This document shows positions 20,047 through 31,961 of a stretch of 64,000 nt of DNA, one piece after another (position 1 is the first letter of the stretch; each line of letters starts with the position of its first letter). The notes beneath the pieces were generated by a model. That model was not told the origin of the DNA. It made no database searches and saw only the letters and a program-made list of their open reading frames with translations. The DNA is from Opitutales bacterium. GTDB taxonomy: Bacteria; Verrucomicrobiota; Verrucomicrobiia; Opitutales; Coraliomargaritaceae. Position numbers and translations under genes: made by a program. The stretch is from positions 33,569-97,568 of the forward strand of contig JBMYNR010000003.1 of the NCBI GenBank assembly GCA_049598495.1, written 5' to 3'.

Positions 20047-21720
20047 ATGAACCTCGACCCCATTTACTCAGGCCTCGACGAAGAGCAGCGCCAAGCTTTA
20101 GTCAAACTTCCACGAAGCGAGAGGCTGATTGAGATTGCCACCTTGCGCAACCGTCCCACGCGGGAGCTCAGAGATAAATTAGCAGAGCTGGCAGAGCTTC
20201 CCGTCGCCAAAGACATTGAACTGATTGAGAATCCAACTGCCGCCGTGCCGCTGAGGATGATCCACGAATATCAGTGCATCCCAATTAAGACCGAAGAGGA
20301 TGCCGAGGACGATGCCTCGATTCAGTTAGCCACACTCTGGCCGCCGGACGAACTGATGGACCGATGGGTCTACGCCGTCAGCGGGCGCAAGGCTCAGTGG
20401 TTCATAGGGGATCCGGAACAAATCACCGAGACCATTACCCAGAACTTCGGAGTCGGCGCAGGTAGCCTTGACGAATCTAATCTTGTCACAGACGTGGCCG
20501 AGACAGAAGAGGCCGAAGACGAGGATGCCGCAGTGATTCGCTTTGTGAATGAGGTGGTGCAGAAGGCCGTAAGCGACCGGGCGACGGACATTCACTTTGA
20601 ACCACACCGGGAAGAATTACAGATTCGCTACCGGATCGACGGGGAGCTCGTACCCGTCCGCGTGCCCGACAATCTGATCCGCTTCCAAGGTGCGATCATC
20701 TCCCGCCTAAAGATCATGGCGAAACTCAATATTTCGGAAAAAAGACGCCCGCAGGACGGACGTATCTCATTTGGTGCGGGCGATTCGGAGCTGGATATAC
20801 GTATATCCACCTTTCCTACAATGTATGGTGAGAGCGTCTCACTCCGTCTACTCAACCAAAAGTCGAAACCTTTATCCATGCGAGAGCTCGGCCTGAGTGA
20901 CGACGAGGAGAAAAAAGTTACTCAAGCACTCTCGACTCCACACGGTATCATCCTGGTGACCGGCCCAACCGGCTCAGGTAAATCCACCTCGCTGACTGCC
21001 TTTATTCGCCTTATCAATCGTCCCGAACGTCGGATCATCACCGTCGAGGATCCCGTGGAATACGAAGTACCGGGAGTCAATCAAACTCAAGTTCATCCGG
21101 AGATCGGACTGACCTTTGCTCACTCTCTCCGTGCCGTCCTTCGCCAAGACCCGGATGTGATCATGGTCGGGGAGATTCGCGACCGAGAAACTGCCGATAT
21201 TGCGATTCGTGCTTCCCTCACAGGTCACCTTGTGATGAGCACACTTCACACGAATGATGCTCCCGGCGCACTGACGCGACTGGTCGACATGGATATTGAG
21301 CCCTTCCTAATCGCGTCTTCCGTAGAAATGATCATCGCGCAACGCCTGGTCAGGCGTCTCTGCCCAAATTGTGCGCAGCCCGCGAATTACGATGAAATGC
21401 AAGTCGCCAGCTTCCTCGCAACCATGCGAATCGATCCAAGCGAAGCACAGCACGCACATTTAGCCAAAAGCCCTGTTGGTTGTGAACGTTGCCGCAAACT
21501 CGGCTTCCGCGGGCGTGTCGGTATGTTTGAGATACTCCGCGTCACGGAGGAGATCCACGAACACATCGTAAAACGCGACTCAGCCCGCCTCATCCGCCAA
21601 ACCGCTATTTCGCAGGATATGCGCTCACTCATGGATAGCGGCTGGGCCCATATTAAAGCTGGCGTGACGACTTTCGAAGAGGTGATGCGTTTCGCCGAGC
21701 TTGAAGGCGACGAAGATTAA
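20047..21720 (+). CDS. GspE/PulE/PilB family secretion/pilus assembly ATPase
   Basis: [55 protein letters not shown], and CPNC...CERC zinc motif. Confidence 0.93.
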   Translation: MNLDPIYSGLDEEQRQALVKLPRSERLIEIATLRNRPTRELRDKLAELAELPVAKDIELIENPTAAVPLRMIHEYQCIPIKTEEDAEDDASIQLATLWPPDELMDRWVYAVSGRKAQWFIGDPEQITETITQNFGVGAGSLDESNLVTDVAETEEAEDEDAAVIRFVNEVVQKAVSDRATDIHFEPHREELQIRYRIDGELVPVRVPDNLIRFQGAIISRLKIMAKLNISEKRRPQDGRISFGAGDSELDIRISTFPTMYGESVSLRLLNQKSKPLSMRELGLSDDEEKKVTQALSTPHGIILVTGPTGSGKSTSLTAFIRLINRPERRIITVEDPVEYEVPGVNQTQVHPEIGLTFAHSLRAVLRQDPDVIMVGEIRDRETADIAIRASLTGHLVMSTLHTNDAPGALTRLVDMDIEPFLIASSVEMIIAQRLVRRLCPNCAQPANYDEMQVASFLATMRIDPSEAQHAHLAKSPVGCERCRKLGFRGRVGMFEILRVTEEIHEHIVKRDSARLIRQTAISQDMRSLMDSGWAHIKAGVTTFEEVMRFAELEGDED

Positions 21721-21855
21721 GCAGTCGACGATCGAGTTGGGTAGTTAAGTGGTTGAGTAGCCATCGGGAAGATGCTTCAATTACCAAGATTCAACCCAAG
21801 TCGCGAAGCTAGCACCTCACTCAACGACTCAACTTGCCGCTTAGCGACGCCCCAA

Positions 21856-22104
21856 TCAACTCCGTCGCGAAGCGACGGCTAACATCTTCGCCTTCTCTTC
21901 CTTAAATTTTTCTCGGTTGCAATTACAGTGCAGGCAGAGAGGAGAGTTGTAGAGAAGAACGAATTTCTCGGTTAATTTAAGCGGACGTTCCTGGCCTTTT
22001 TCAGCCATACGCAAAGCTGGGCCACAACTAGGCACGATGGCACCGACCGCATCAAAAAAGACATCTGCTGCGGATCGCTTCGACTTGCGGGATTTTTCAT
22101 TCAT
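21856..22104 (-). CDS. Small Cys-containing protein resembling a zf-HC2/ZAS anti-sigma zinc finger
   Basis: 82 aa filling an otherwise empty 456-nt gap. SC..ALRMAEKGQERPLKLTEKF.L.YN...CLHCNC resembles the ZAS pattern C...DRPL...E...H...CxxC. Confidence 0.5.
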   Translation of the reverse strand: MNEKSRKSKRSAADVFFDAVGAIVPSCGPALRMAEKGQERPLKLTEKFVLLYNSPLCLHCNCNREKFKEEKAKMLAVASRRS

Positions 22105-22176
22105 AAGACCCTAGCTAAAACAGACTTTTTCGATTTTCCAATCGTCCTTCACAAATTTTTTCACGAAATCCAAGCC

Positions 22177-24081
22177 ATGCGTTCAGTCATCATCAGCGTC
22201 TGTCTACTATTTTGTTCGGCTCATACGGCTCTACTGGCCGCCGCGCCGAGCAAGGATCGTATCGATTTCTACTACGGAATCGCGGAAGGCAATTTTTTGG
22301 TTGGCGATCTCAATGGAGCCGAACGCGGGATCGAGCAAATACTCCGCATTGACCCTGACCATGTGCCTGCATTGACACTAAAGACGCGGGTCATGCTTGA
22401 CCGGGGGAAAGCCGCCACAGCCCTTGAAGCCGCTGAACGAGCCATGGAACTCGAACCTAAAAGACTCGAGCACACGCTTCTTAAAGCCCTCGCCCTCGGG
22501 CAACTCGACCGCCGCGATGAAGCCACTGATATCATCGAGACCGTCATCGCCCAAGCAACTCCTGCCAGCGAAAACGCAAAGGTCGCCCATCAACTTCTCG
22601 GTCTATTGCGGATGGCTGAAGGCGAGTGGGATCAGGCGGCCGCTGCATTCAATGAAATCTATCTCTCGGATCCGCAAACCGACCCGAGTAGCCTACGTCT
22701 ATCCAGCGAAGCCTTTCTGGAAAAGACGCGCATCCTTCTAACAAAAGGCGATCCCGATGGCGCTATCGCCGCAATTGACCAAGCAATCGCTGTTTACGAG
22801 GGCAAATCAGGCAAGGAAAGCCTCCAACAGAAAACCTCTCTGCGCATGACGCGTGCCCGGTTGCTCGCGCAGATTGGCCGACCGGAGAATGCCATTCGCG
22901 ACCTACAGGTCCTTACGGGCCAACAACCCGAAAATTTTGAAGCTTTGATTACCCTCGCTTCACTCTATGCCAGTGTAAATCGTTGGGAATCTGTCGAGGA
23001 ATTGATCCCGGCCATGGCCGCTCGACCGGAACTGGAGGACGTCGCTCTCTACTTCGAAGGACGGGCTGCGCTTACAAAGAACCGAGTTGGTAGGGCACGG
23101 GCAAAATTTGAAGCGGCCATCGAAGCGCTACCTCAGTATGCCGACAGTCTCCGCCGCACGCTGTATTTTTATCGAGGCGTCTGCCTCGACCGACTCGGGA
23201 GAACAGAAGAAGCAGACCAGGATATAATCAATGCCATGGATGCGGGATACCTCCCGGAAACAACCGACGAAGCGATCCTAGCCTGCCAAACACTCCTGCG
23301 CAGTAACCGCTCGGCCGATGCTGTCCCCATTTTAGAAGCCTTTACATTAAATCGTAACCAAGCCGACGCCCGGGCATGGGCCATGCTTGGGCGTGCTCAC
23401 CTAGCGGAAGCAACGCTCCCTCTTGCCCTGAGCGCTTTCAGCGAATCCCTACGTATCGACTCAGATCAGCCGAAGACACTCGCCCTTCGCGGCTCGATAC
23501 TGCGGAAGATCGGTGATCTGGAAGGGGCACTCGGAGATTATGAAGCGGCCCATCGGCTGGGGCCCTCAAACCCTGTTCTCAGTTATGAAAAAGGACTCCT
23601 CCAGCTCCAACTCGGACGAGTGGATAAGGCAGAGACCGAACTCCGCATAGCCTCAAGAAAACTCGAGGCACACCCTACCTTGGACCTCCTACACGCGACG
23701 GTCGCCTTTACCATCGGAGCCACTGAATCGGCCAAAGCATCGCTGGGTAAGTATTTGGAAGGGATTCCCACTCAGCCAGTCGCCAGTGCGCACTACCTGG
23801 CCTTGCTTATGGCCGTCACAACATCAGACGACTTCAAGGACCCTGTAATCGAGTATTTTAACGGAAACGCAAAGCGAAAAGAGGTACTCGACTGGGCGGG
23901 CATTGCCGCCAACCCCAAACTGGCAAAGCAACAAATCTGTGCCGCCGCGTTTTGGATGGCCCAACATGAAAAGACGCAGAACGATCCCGACCGATTCAAC
24001 GAGCTTCTCAGGATCGCAGTCGATGTCGGCCAACCGGATCTGCCTGAATTCCAGCTGGCTCACTGGCTTTTAGAACCCTAG
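22177..24081 (+). CDS. Exported tetratricopeptide repeat protein
   Basis: Signal peptide and many TPR-like repeats. Confidence 0.82.
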   Translation: MRSVIISVCLLFCSAHTALLAAAPSKDRIDFYYGIAEGNFLVGDLNGAERGIEQILRIDPDHVPALTLKTRVMLDRGKAATALEAAERAMELEPKRLEHTLLKALALGQLDRRDEATDIIETVIAQATPASENAKVAHQLLGLLRMAEGEWDQAAAAFNEIYLSDPQTDPSSLRLSSEAFLEKTRILLTKGDPDGAIAAIDQAIAVYEGKSGKESLQQKTSLRMTRARLLAQIGRPENAIRDLQVLTGQQPENFEALITLASLYASVNRWESVEELIPAMAARPELEDVALYFEGRAALTKNRVGRARAKFEAAIEALPQYADSLRRTLYFYRGVCLDRLGRTEEADQDIINAMDAGYLPETTDEAILACQTLLRSNRSADAVPILEAFTLNRNQADARAWAMLGRAHLAEATLPLALSAFSESLRIDSDQPKTLALRGSILRKIGDLEGALGDYEAAHRLGPSNPVLSYEKGLLQLQLGRVDKAETELRIASRKLEAHPTLDLLHATVAFTIGATESAKASLGKYLEGIPTQPVASAHYLALLMAVTTSDDFKDPVIEYFNGNAKRKEVLDWAGIAANPKLAKQQICAAAFWMAQHEKTQNDPDRFNELLRIAVDVGQPDLPEFQLAHWLLEP

Positions 24082-24352
24082 TTCTAATGAGTTAAATTCC
24101 CGAATCAAAGAATTGTAGCACGATGACGATAGTCATTGTGAGCCATTGCGATCGATACAACACTGGCTATCTCCAGCGTTCTACAGAGAAATCTTCATTC
24201 AAAATCCTAAACCATCCAGTCCAACTATGTCGACGGACGAGTGCCTCCGTCTGTTCGGAGCCCTTCATACGTCGACGCGACTGGCATCGCATCGCTACAG
24301 ACGGCACAACTGTAGCGATCTTGCGCCAGCAAGGCTGATGTGACTTATAAAC

Positions 24353-24457
24353 AATCCGGATGATTTGGCCATACAGCGTCGTTTGCAGAACGGCACGTGG
24401 TCCGATTCCTTCGGATCGATCTTGTCGCCAGCTCGGAACGGCGAGCGCGCCCTACCT
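24353..24457. repeat. Partial copy (right half) of the REPIN-like element at 60368-60616
   Basis: GAACGGCACGTGGTCCGATTC...TCGGATCG...TGTCGCCAGCTCGGAACGGCGAGCGCGCCCTACCT is nearly identical to 60470-60617. Confidence 0.85.
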
Positions 24458-24625
24458 GAACGAAGCCAGGCTTTCCTCAAGGTGGTGTATGATTCAATCC
24501 TTAAGAGAGTCCGAGCTCTTCCCTAGACTTTGACGATGCTATTAAAGCCCGGGCAACCTGAAATTTTGACTTGCACCCCGCTTGAAGACGCCCATCTTCC
24601 TGCACCTCAGCGTAAGAGCGCGTCC

Positions 24626-24733
24626 TGCGAAGGGCCCGCTCCTCGACTTCTCTCCTCACAACAAACCGGGAGAGTTCAACGGTAAGGGTGGCCCAGTGGC
24701 GGCCCTTTCGGTTCCGGCAACTCGGAGCCCGCA
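24626..24733 (+). promoter_or_regulatory. Structured 5' leader of rpsO (candidate S15 autoregulatory RNA)
   Basis: Hand-derived pairings TGCG/CGCA, AAGGGCC-GC/GC-GGCCCTT, CTCTCC/GGAGAG and GGTTCCG/CGGAGCC form a three-way junction ending 27 nt before the ATG. Confidence 0.5.
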
Positions 24734-24759
24734 AGTCGTGATCACATAATCAATATACA

Positions 24760-25047
24760 ATGGCAAAATCACCACCCGTAGGGGACACAACAGTCGACAA
24801 GGCAGCGATCATCAAGGAATTCGGTGCCAACGAAAATGACACCGGCTCGTCCGAGGTCCAAATCGCGCTGCTCACCGCACGCATCAAGCACCTGACCGAG
24901 CACCTTCGCGACAACCGCAAAGACTTCCACTCCCGCCGTGGCCTCATCGCAATGACGGCCCGCCGTCGTAAGCTCCTCGACTACCTGAAGCGCACTGAGT
25001 TCAATCGCTACACAGCGATCCTCGAAAAGCTAGGTCTCCGTCGATAA
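24760..25047 (+). CDS. rpsO: 30S ribosomal protein S15
   Basis: [23 protein letters not shown]...KDFHSRRGL...RRKLLDYL...LGLRR; upstream of pnp. Confidence 0.98.
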   Translation: MAKSPPVGDTTVDKAAIIKEFGANENDTGSSEVQIALLTARIKHLTEHLRDNRKDFHSRRGLIAMTARRRKLLDYLKRTEFNRYTAILEKLGLRR

Positions 25048-25060
25048 TAGACTTTTTTCC

Positions 25061-25099
25061 AATGCCGGACTTCCCCATGGAGGTCCGGCATTGTTCTTT
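25061..25099 (+). terminator. Stem-loop / probable intrinsic terminator after rpsO
   Basis: AATGCCGGACTTCC-CCAT-GGAGGTCCGGCATT followed by GTTCTTT. Confidence 0.65.
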
Positions 25100-25194
25100 A
25101 ATTATTGGCCGACGCTGCAGCGGCGCTACCAATAATAAACCCTGCGAAGCTCAAAGAGCGCAGCATGGGTAATCTCGTTCTTTCTCCTCCCCTT

Positions 25195-25295
25195 CTCTTA
25201 ATCATAATCTTAATCGTAATCCTCCCCTAGGGGCTTCGCTTGCGACGCCCGCCGTAGTAAAGAGGATTACGATTAGGAGTAGGATTAAGATTAGG
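25195..25295. repeat. Inverted pair of hexamer tandem arrays (TAATCN)n / (NGATTA)n
   Basis: CTCTTAATCATAATCTTAATCGTAATCCTC ... GAGGATTACGATTAGGAGTAGGATTAAGATTAGG. Confidence 0.8.
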
Positions 25296-25482
25296 GTGCT
25301 CTTCTGGAGCTCAATCAATCCATGGGATGCCACTTCAGCATCTCTCCATTTCAGAATTTCAGCTTTTCAAATACTTCAGAATTTCAAGATGAGCAGCTCA
25401 ACCGATTTGAGCCGCGAGCGGCAAATTAGGGTCCTACCCCCGAAATGCCGTCGAATGCATGCAGCAAAATAATAGTAAGATA

Positions 25483-27630
<2,148 letters not shown>

Positions 27631-27655
27631 TCGGACGCAGATCATCCAATCTCAC

Positions 27656-27693
27656 AAAGCGGTCGCCCTTTCAGATAGGGGCGGCCGCTTTTT
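27656..27693 (+). terminator. Intrinsic terminator after pnp
   Basis: AAAGCGGTCGCCCT-loop-GGGGCGGCCGCTTTTT. Confidence 0.8.
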
Positions 27694-27876
27694 ATGGCAT
27701 CAAAGGACGATGCGACTGCAGAGATTCGCGCTCCCGGGATCGCCAAACTCCCGTTTGGCATAGCTGTGGGCTCGATTCTACCGGTCGCGAGCTCGTCGAA
27801 TGATCGTCCCACACTCAGGCCTTGCGAAGACAACATCTGAATCCAAACCAGCTAAGCGGTAATTTACAGGCACTGC

Positions 27877-28116
27877 CTAAGGCAGCTCATCGCCTTCCAA
27901 CGGCTCACGATCCGGCACCTTGTCTAGGACCTTCTTGAACTTTTCACGGCTCCCTCTGGCAGCCCTTTCCTCCAGATAACTAGCAGTGAGAACCGATGCC
28001 AACTTCTCACCCACAGCCGAGCTGATAAACTGGTTGATGGACACACCGTCCACCTTAGCCACCTCCTTGACTTTCCGATGGACGGAATCTGGTAGTCTGA
28101 CAGTAATTGAACTCAT
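27877..28116 (-). CDS. Ribbon-helix-helix (CopG/HicB-like) antitoxin
   Basis: MSSITVRLPDSVHRKVKEVAKVDGVSINQFI RHH pattern; 5 nt downstream of a PIN gene. Confidence 0.8.
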   Translation of the reverse strand: MSSITVRLPDSVHRKVKEVAKVDGVSINQFISSAVGEKLASVLTASYLEERAARGSREKFKKVLDKVPDREPLEGDELP

Positions 28117-28121
28117 AATTC

Positions 28122-28535
28122 TTATTTCTCCTTTTCTAAAAATTCACCCGGCGTCATCGCTTGAATCCTGAATCGGTCGACGCCTTTAAAATCTTTGGTA
28201 TTAAATGTGATAATGATTCCGGTTCCAGCCGCAACTGCGGCCTCTAAGACCAGATCGTCCTTCGGATCTTTGAGATACGGTCGCCAAAGAAAAAATATCT
28301 CTGTCAATCGAGCGACGCTGCAAATGTAATCCAGGAAATCGTTCTTATCCGATTCAGTAAAATGATCTGCAAGCGGCGGGCGTCCAAGCACATCCGAATA
28401 CTCCTCATAGAGACCAACGGAAAGAGCCGGAACGAGCTCGCCCGCAGCAACCAGTTCCAGGATGCGAAACGAAGTGCCCCGCTGGGAATAGAGCCCGGCA
28501 AAGATCACATTCGTGTCGATAACGACAACTTTCAT
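28122..28535 (-). CDS. PIN-domain putative toxin (PIN_3 type)
   Basis: VVIDTNV, EEY..V, WRPYLKDPKDDLVLEAA, IITFN.KDF. Confidence 0.88.
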   Translation of the reverse strand: MKVVVIDTNVIFAGLYSQRGTSFRILELVAAGELVPALSVGLYEEYSDVLGRPPLADHFTESDKNDFLDYICSVARLTEIFFLWRPYLKDPKDDLVLEAAVAAGTGIIITFNTKDFKGVDRFRIQAMTPGEFLEKEK

Positions 28536-29070
28536 GGTTGTATATACGTAACCATATTTTTCGTAATTTCAAGTCTGACTTGGTTGTAACATCGGTAAGC
28601 TGGGCGACAAAATCTTAGCTTAGCGAACTGGATGCCCACCGCACCACGCTACAAACGAGAACGCTCTCTCCACTCAGACCTCAGGCTTCAAGTCTCAGCC
28701 CTCAACGACCCTCAGGTCTCAGGTATCATTCCTCATCCTTCAGACAACAATGGTCTCTTGCTCGAAATCGAAGATCCCGATCCTTGGGCGCAAGATAACG
28801 AACCCGTCTTCTGGGTCGATTGAGAAGACCGCGCACAACCCAACGCTTAGCCATTCATTCGATGGTGAAAGGTTGGCTCGTGCCCTGCATACCACACAAA
28901 GGCTATTTAACCTTGCTAACTGACGACTGATTGCACTTTCTGTCTGCAGCTATCAATTCACAGCCGAAGAGCGCCTTCCATCGTTCAAAATTCACCCTTC
29001 AAACTTCAAAACGCACCCCTCTCCCTTCAACCCTCACCCCCGGCGGCTGTCGGAAGTCGTAAGCCACTGC

Positions 29071-29298
29071 GTGGATGAACCACAAGTGTTGTATAACCGC
29101 AAGAAGCCGGTTGCTGCGCTGATCGACATGGAAGAATACGAGCGATTTCTCGAATACAAGCAGTCGAAAAAGAAGAAATCTATCGCGGAGTGGCTGGATG
29201 AATTGGACGAGATTAAGAAGCAAGAGCCAGGCGATTTTAAACTTCCGCCGCGTACCAGTCGGCCGATTCCTTACTTGGATGAATGGAGCGACGAATGA
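29071..29298 (+). CDS. Phd/YefM-family antitoxin, apparently lacking its normal N-terminus
   Basis: EPQVLYNRKKPVAALID Phd core. In-frame upstream RRLSEVV has no ATG before it. Stop overlaps the vapC start (ATGA). Confidence 0.72.
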   Translation: MDEPQVLYNRKKPVAALIDMEEYERFLEYKQSKKKKSIAEWLDELDEIKKQEPGDFKLPPRTSRPIPYLDEWSDE

Positions 29299-29696
29299 AG
29301 CACTGGCTCTGCGACAGCAACATCATCAGCGAGGAAATGAGGCCCAAGCCAAACGCTCAAGTGCGCACATGGCTCAAGGAACAGGAACTCATATACATTA
29401 GTGCCATCACCGTTAATGAAATCACCTTCGGCCTGCGTTTACGGAATATGCAAAAACGCATGTCATGGTTTGAGGCCTTTCTCGAAGACAGTTGTGAGAT
29501 ATTGGACGTCAGCACCAAAATCGCACAGCGAGCAGGAAACGTTCGAGCCGATTTAGCCAAGAAAGGCCACTCACGCGAACAATCAGACATGCTCATCGCC
29601 GCCACCGCGTGGGCACATGGGTTGCCTCTAGCTAGTCGCAACACCCGCGACTTTGAGGGCACAGGCATCGCATTGTTTAATCCATTCGAAGGCTGA
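29295..29696 (+). CDS. vapC: VapC-family PIN-domain toxin
   Basis: [46 protein letters not shown]. Confidence 0.88.
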   Translation: MKHWLCDSNIISEEMRPKPNAQVRTWLKEQELIYISAITVNEITFGLRLRNMQKRMSWFEAFLEDSCEILDVSTKIAQRAGNVRADLAKKGHSREQSDMLIAATAWAHGLPLASRNTRDFEGTGIALFNPFEG

Positions 29697-29697
29697 C

Positions 29698-30798
29698 CTA
29701 CTCCACCTGTAGAATAAGACCCTTAAGATAGCGACTCTCCGGCAGATTCAAAAGCACCGGAAAATCAAAGGGCTGCGCGGTTCGGGCGAAGGTCCGAGCC
29801 TCCCGACCGGCTGCGGCACAAGAACGAGCCACCGCGTCCTCAAAGTCGGCCGCAGCGGTCCTTGCCGATCGACAGTAAGTCGCAAGCAAACCGCCCGCCG
29901 GCAAGCAATTGAAGGCGGCTGTGTGAAGCGACTCGAGGGCAGCTGAATCGAAGACATCCGCGCCCGGCGGATCCAGAATGATCGCATCCAACTCCCCCGG
30001 TTTTCGCTCTGCAAGGAAGGCAGCCACATCGGCTTGGATGGTTTCGATGAAGCACTGGTTCTTCTGGGCGCTCGCGCCGATTGCCTTGACGCATGCGTCC
30101 GAGATATCAACCGCGACGACATGCTCCGCCCCGTGGCGGGCCGCCTGCAGAGCAAAAGCACCGCTGTGCGCGAAGCCATCCAGCACGACACGGCCTTCGC
30201 AAAGACTCCCGAGGAGGCCATGCTGCTCACGCTGATCGAGGAAGTAGCTCGGCTTGTCCGGATTGAGCCAATCGAGACGATGAAAAAGTCCGTCGATCTC
30301 CAGCCAGCGCGCCTTTAGGTTCTGACCACTGAGGGTTCGGGGGCCGGGTTCTTCGAGAAAGACAATCTCCTTCGGTTCACAAGCCTCCTGCAGGCACCCG
30401 ACGATCTCCCCCATCGCCGCATCGACGATTGGGTGCGTCGATCTCACCACGAGAATCCCGTCGAATAGATCGACTTCCAAGCCAGGGAGGTAATCGGCAT
30501 CCGAGCAGATCAGACGCTGACATGCTTCATCGCTCCGACGGCCCAGTGCATCACTGATCGCGCCCGAGAGGTAGCCCGCGTCGAAGCTCACGCCCTCGGC
30601 CATACTAAAGCGACGCCAGGCACGCGAAGGATCACTCGGATCGAACAAGCCGCTGCCGAGGGTTTGCCCGTCTGCATCGACCAGAGTGGCGACACATGGA
30701 TCTTTGGAAAGATCGCCCGCAAGACGATCCTTCGGCACCCATGGATGGCCGATGCAATCAAAGGAAGTAGAAAGAGTAATGTGAGTTGTGTTTTCCAT
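29698..30798 (-). CDS. Class I SAM-dependent rRNA methyltransferase (RlmI/RlmK-like)
   Basis: [47 protein letters not shown]. Confidence 0.82.
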   Translation of the reverse strand: MENTTHITLSTSFDCIGHPWVPKDRLAGDLSKDPCVATLVDADGQTLGSGLFDPSDPSRAWRRFSMAEGVSFDAGYLSGAISDALGRRSDEACQRLICSDADYLPGLEVDLFDGILVVRSTHPIVDAAMGEIVGCLQEACEPKEIVFLEEPGPRTLSGQNLKARWLEIDGLFHRLDWLNPDKPSYFLDQREQHGLLGSLCEGRVVLDGFAHSGAFALQAARHGAEHVVAVDISDACVKAIGASAQKNQCFIETIQADVAAFLAERKPGELDAIILDPPGADVFDSAALESLHTAAFNCLPAGGLLATYCRSARTAAADFEDAVARSCAAAGREARTFARTAQPFDFPVLLNLPESRYLKGLILQVE

Positions 30799-30848
30799 GG
30801 TGACGGAGGCAGATCAGAAGATTTGCGATCCCGGACTAAGAACCCGAT

Positions 30849-31961
30849 CTATCGTGCCTTAGCAAACAAGCGCACGGACATGCCGAGCATGACGAGGTTC
30901 GGAATCCACGCTGCGATCAATGCGGGGATGATCTGACGCTCGCCGAGAATGGAAGCAACGCTGATGAGCACATAGAAGAGCGCGAAGAAACCCATCGCCT
31001 TGGATACACCAATCATCGGGTTTGTCCGCACACCCGATACTGCGAAGGGCACGGCAATCCCAACGACAACCAAACAGCTGAATGGCGCAGCGAAGAGCGA
31101 AAAATACCGCACCAAATAACCGTGCACGGATGGATTCTCCTCAGGCTTGACGGTGTCAATGATCCGCTGCAGCTCGAACAGCGAAAGTTCCTTGGGCGCT
31201 TTGTGCAGTGCGAGCATAAGACCGGGGTCTTCATCAAATCCCTCGAAAGTCTTTTCCTCAAAAGAGAGCGCGCGGAGCGGATCCCCTGTTACAGGATCCA
31301 TCAGGAGTTCTCGCCCATCCTTAAAGACCCAGAAACCACGCGTGTCGTCAAAATAGGCCTCTTTCGCAGAAATACGGCTCAGTTCCTCGCCGCTCGCGTC
31401 CCGCGTATGCACGTTGACTCCGAGCCCCAGCCAGGCGCGCTCGCTGAATCGGTTCATAAACCAGAGGCGGCCGTCTTTCCGGTTATCGAAGCCGAGGTTA
31501 TATAACAGGCCCACATCACGAACATCGCGCTCACTTTCCTCGGCGGCAAACTCAAGGTTATCGAAAAAGGTCCGAGACCGTTCCACTGCCTGGGGCACGA
31601 CAGAAGCAGTCAAATAGAGCAATAAGCCGGAGAGCACCAAGCCACCGCCCCAAAGCGAGCGACTGATCCGAAAGAGACTCGCGCCGGAAGCCCGCATGGC
31701 CACGATCTCGTTGTTCCGGTGCAATGTCCCGAGCGTAAAGAGTAGCGAAACTAAAAGACCGATCGGCAGGATCGCGGGCAAATAGGTCGGGAGCGAGAGT
31801 GCGTAGTAGAAAACGATCTCCTTAAATCCTGCATCTGTATCCAAAAGATCCGGAAGCGAATCGTACATGTTTTGAAGGATAAGTATACCGACAATAACAC
31901 CCATCGTGAGGGCAAAGCCGACCAACCACTCTTTAAAAACATATCGATCAATCAAAGACAT
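30849..31961 (-). CDS. LPS export ABC transporter permease, LptF/LptG family
   Basis: LIDRYVFKE, NEIVAMRASGAS, a periplasmic domain and C-terminal AAWIPN. Confidence 0.88.
   Translation of the reverse strand: MSLIDRYVFKEWLVGFALTMGVIVGILILQNMYDSLPDLLDTDAGFKEIVFYYALSLPTYLPAILPIGLLVSLLFTLGTLHRNNEIVAMRASGASLFRISRSLWGGGLVLSGLLLYLTASVVPQAVERSRTFFDNLEFAAEESERDVRDVGLLYNLGFDNRKDGRLWFMNRFSERAWLGLGVNVHTRDASGEELSRISAKEAYFDDTRGFWVFKDGRELLMDPVTGDPLRALSFEEKTFEGFDEDPGLMLALHKAPKELSLFELQRIIDTVKPEENPSVHGYLVRYFSLFAAPFSCLVVVGIAVPFAVSGVRTNPMIGVSKAMGFFALFYVLISVASILGERQIIPALIAAWIPNLVMLGMSVRLFAKAR

Noticed and set aside
24123..24480. Small ORFs between the TPR gene and rpsO
   Set aside because: They overlap REP-like palindromes and the dispersed repeat, with no coding signal.
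24600..24760. 6S RNA or SRP RNA upstream of rpsO
   Set aside because: Pairings form a branched junction rather than one long rod with a central bubble, and no SRP core motif is seen. Kept only as a leader candidate.
28632..28823. 63-aa ORF between the TA modules
   Set aside because: Mostly translated heptamer repeats. The acidic end (EDPDPWAQDNEPVFWVD) might be a gene remnant, but I cannot assign it.
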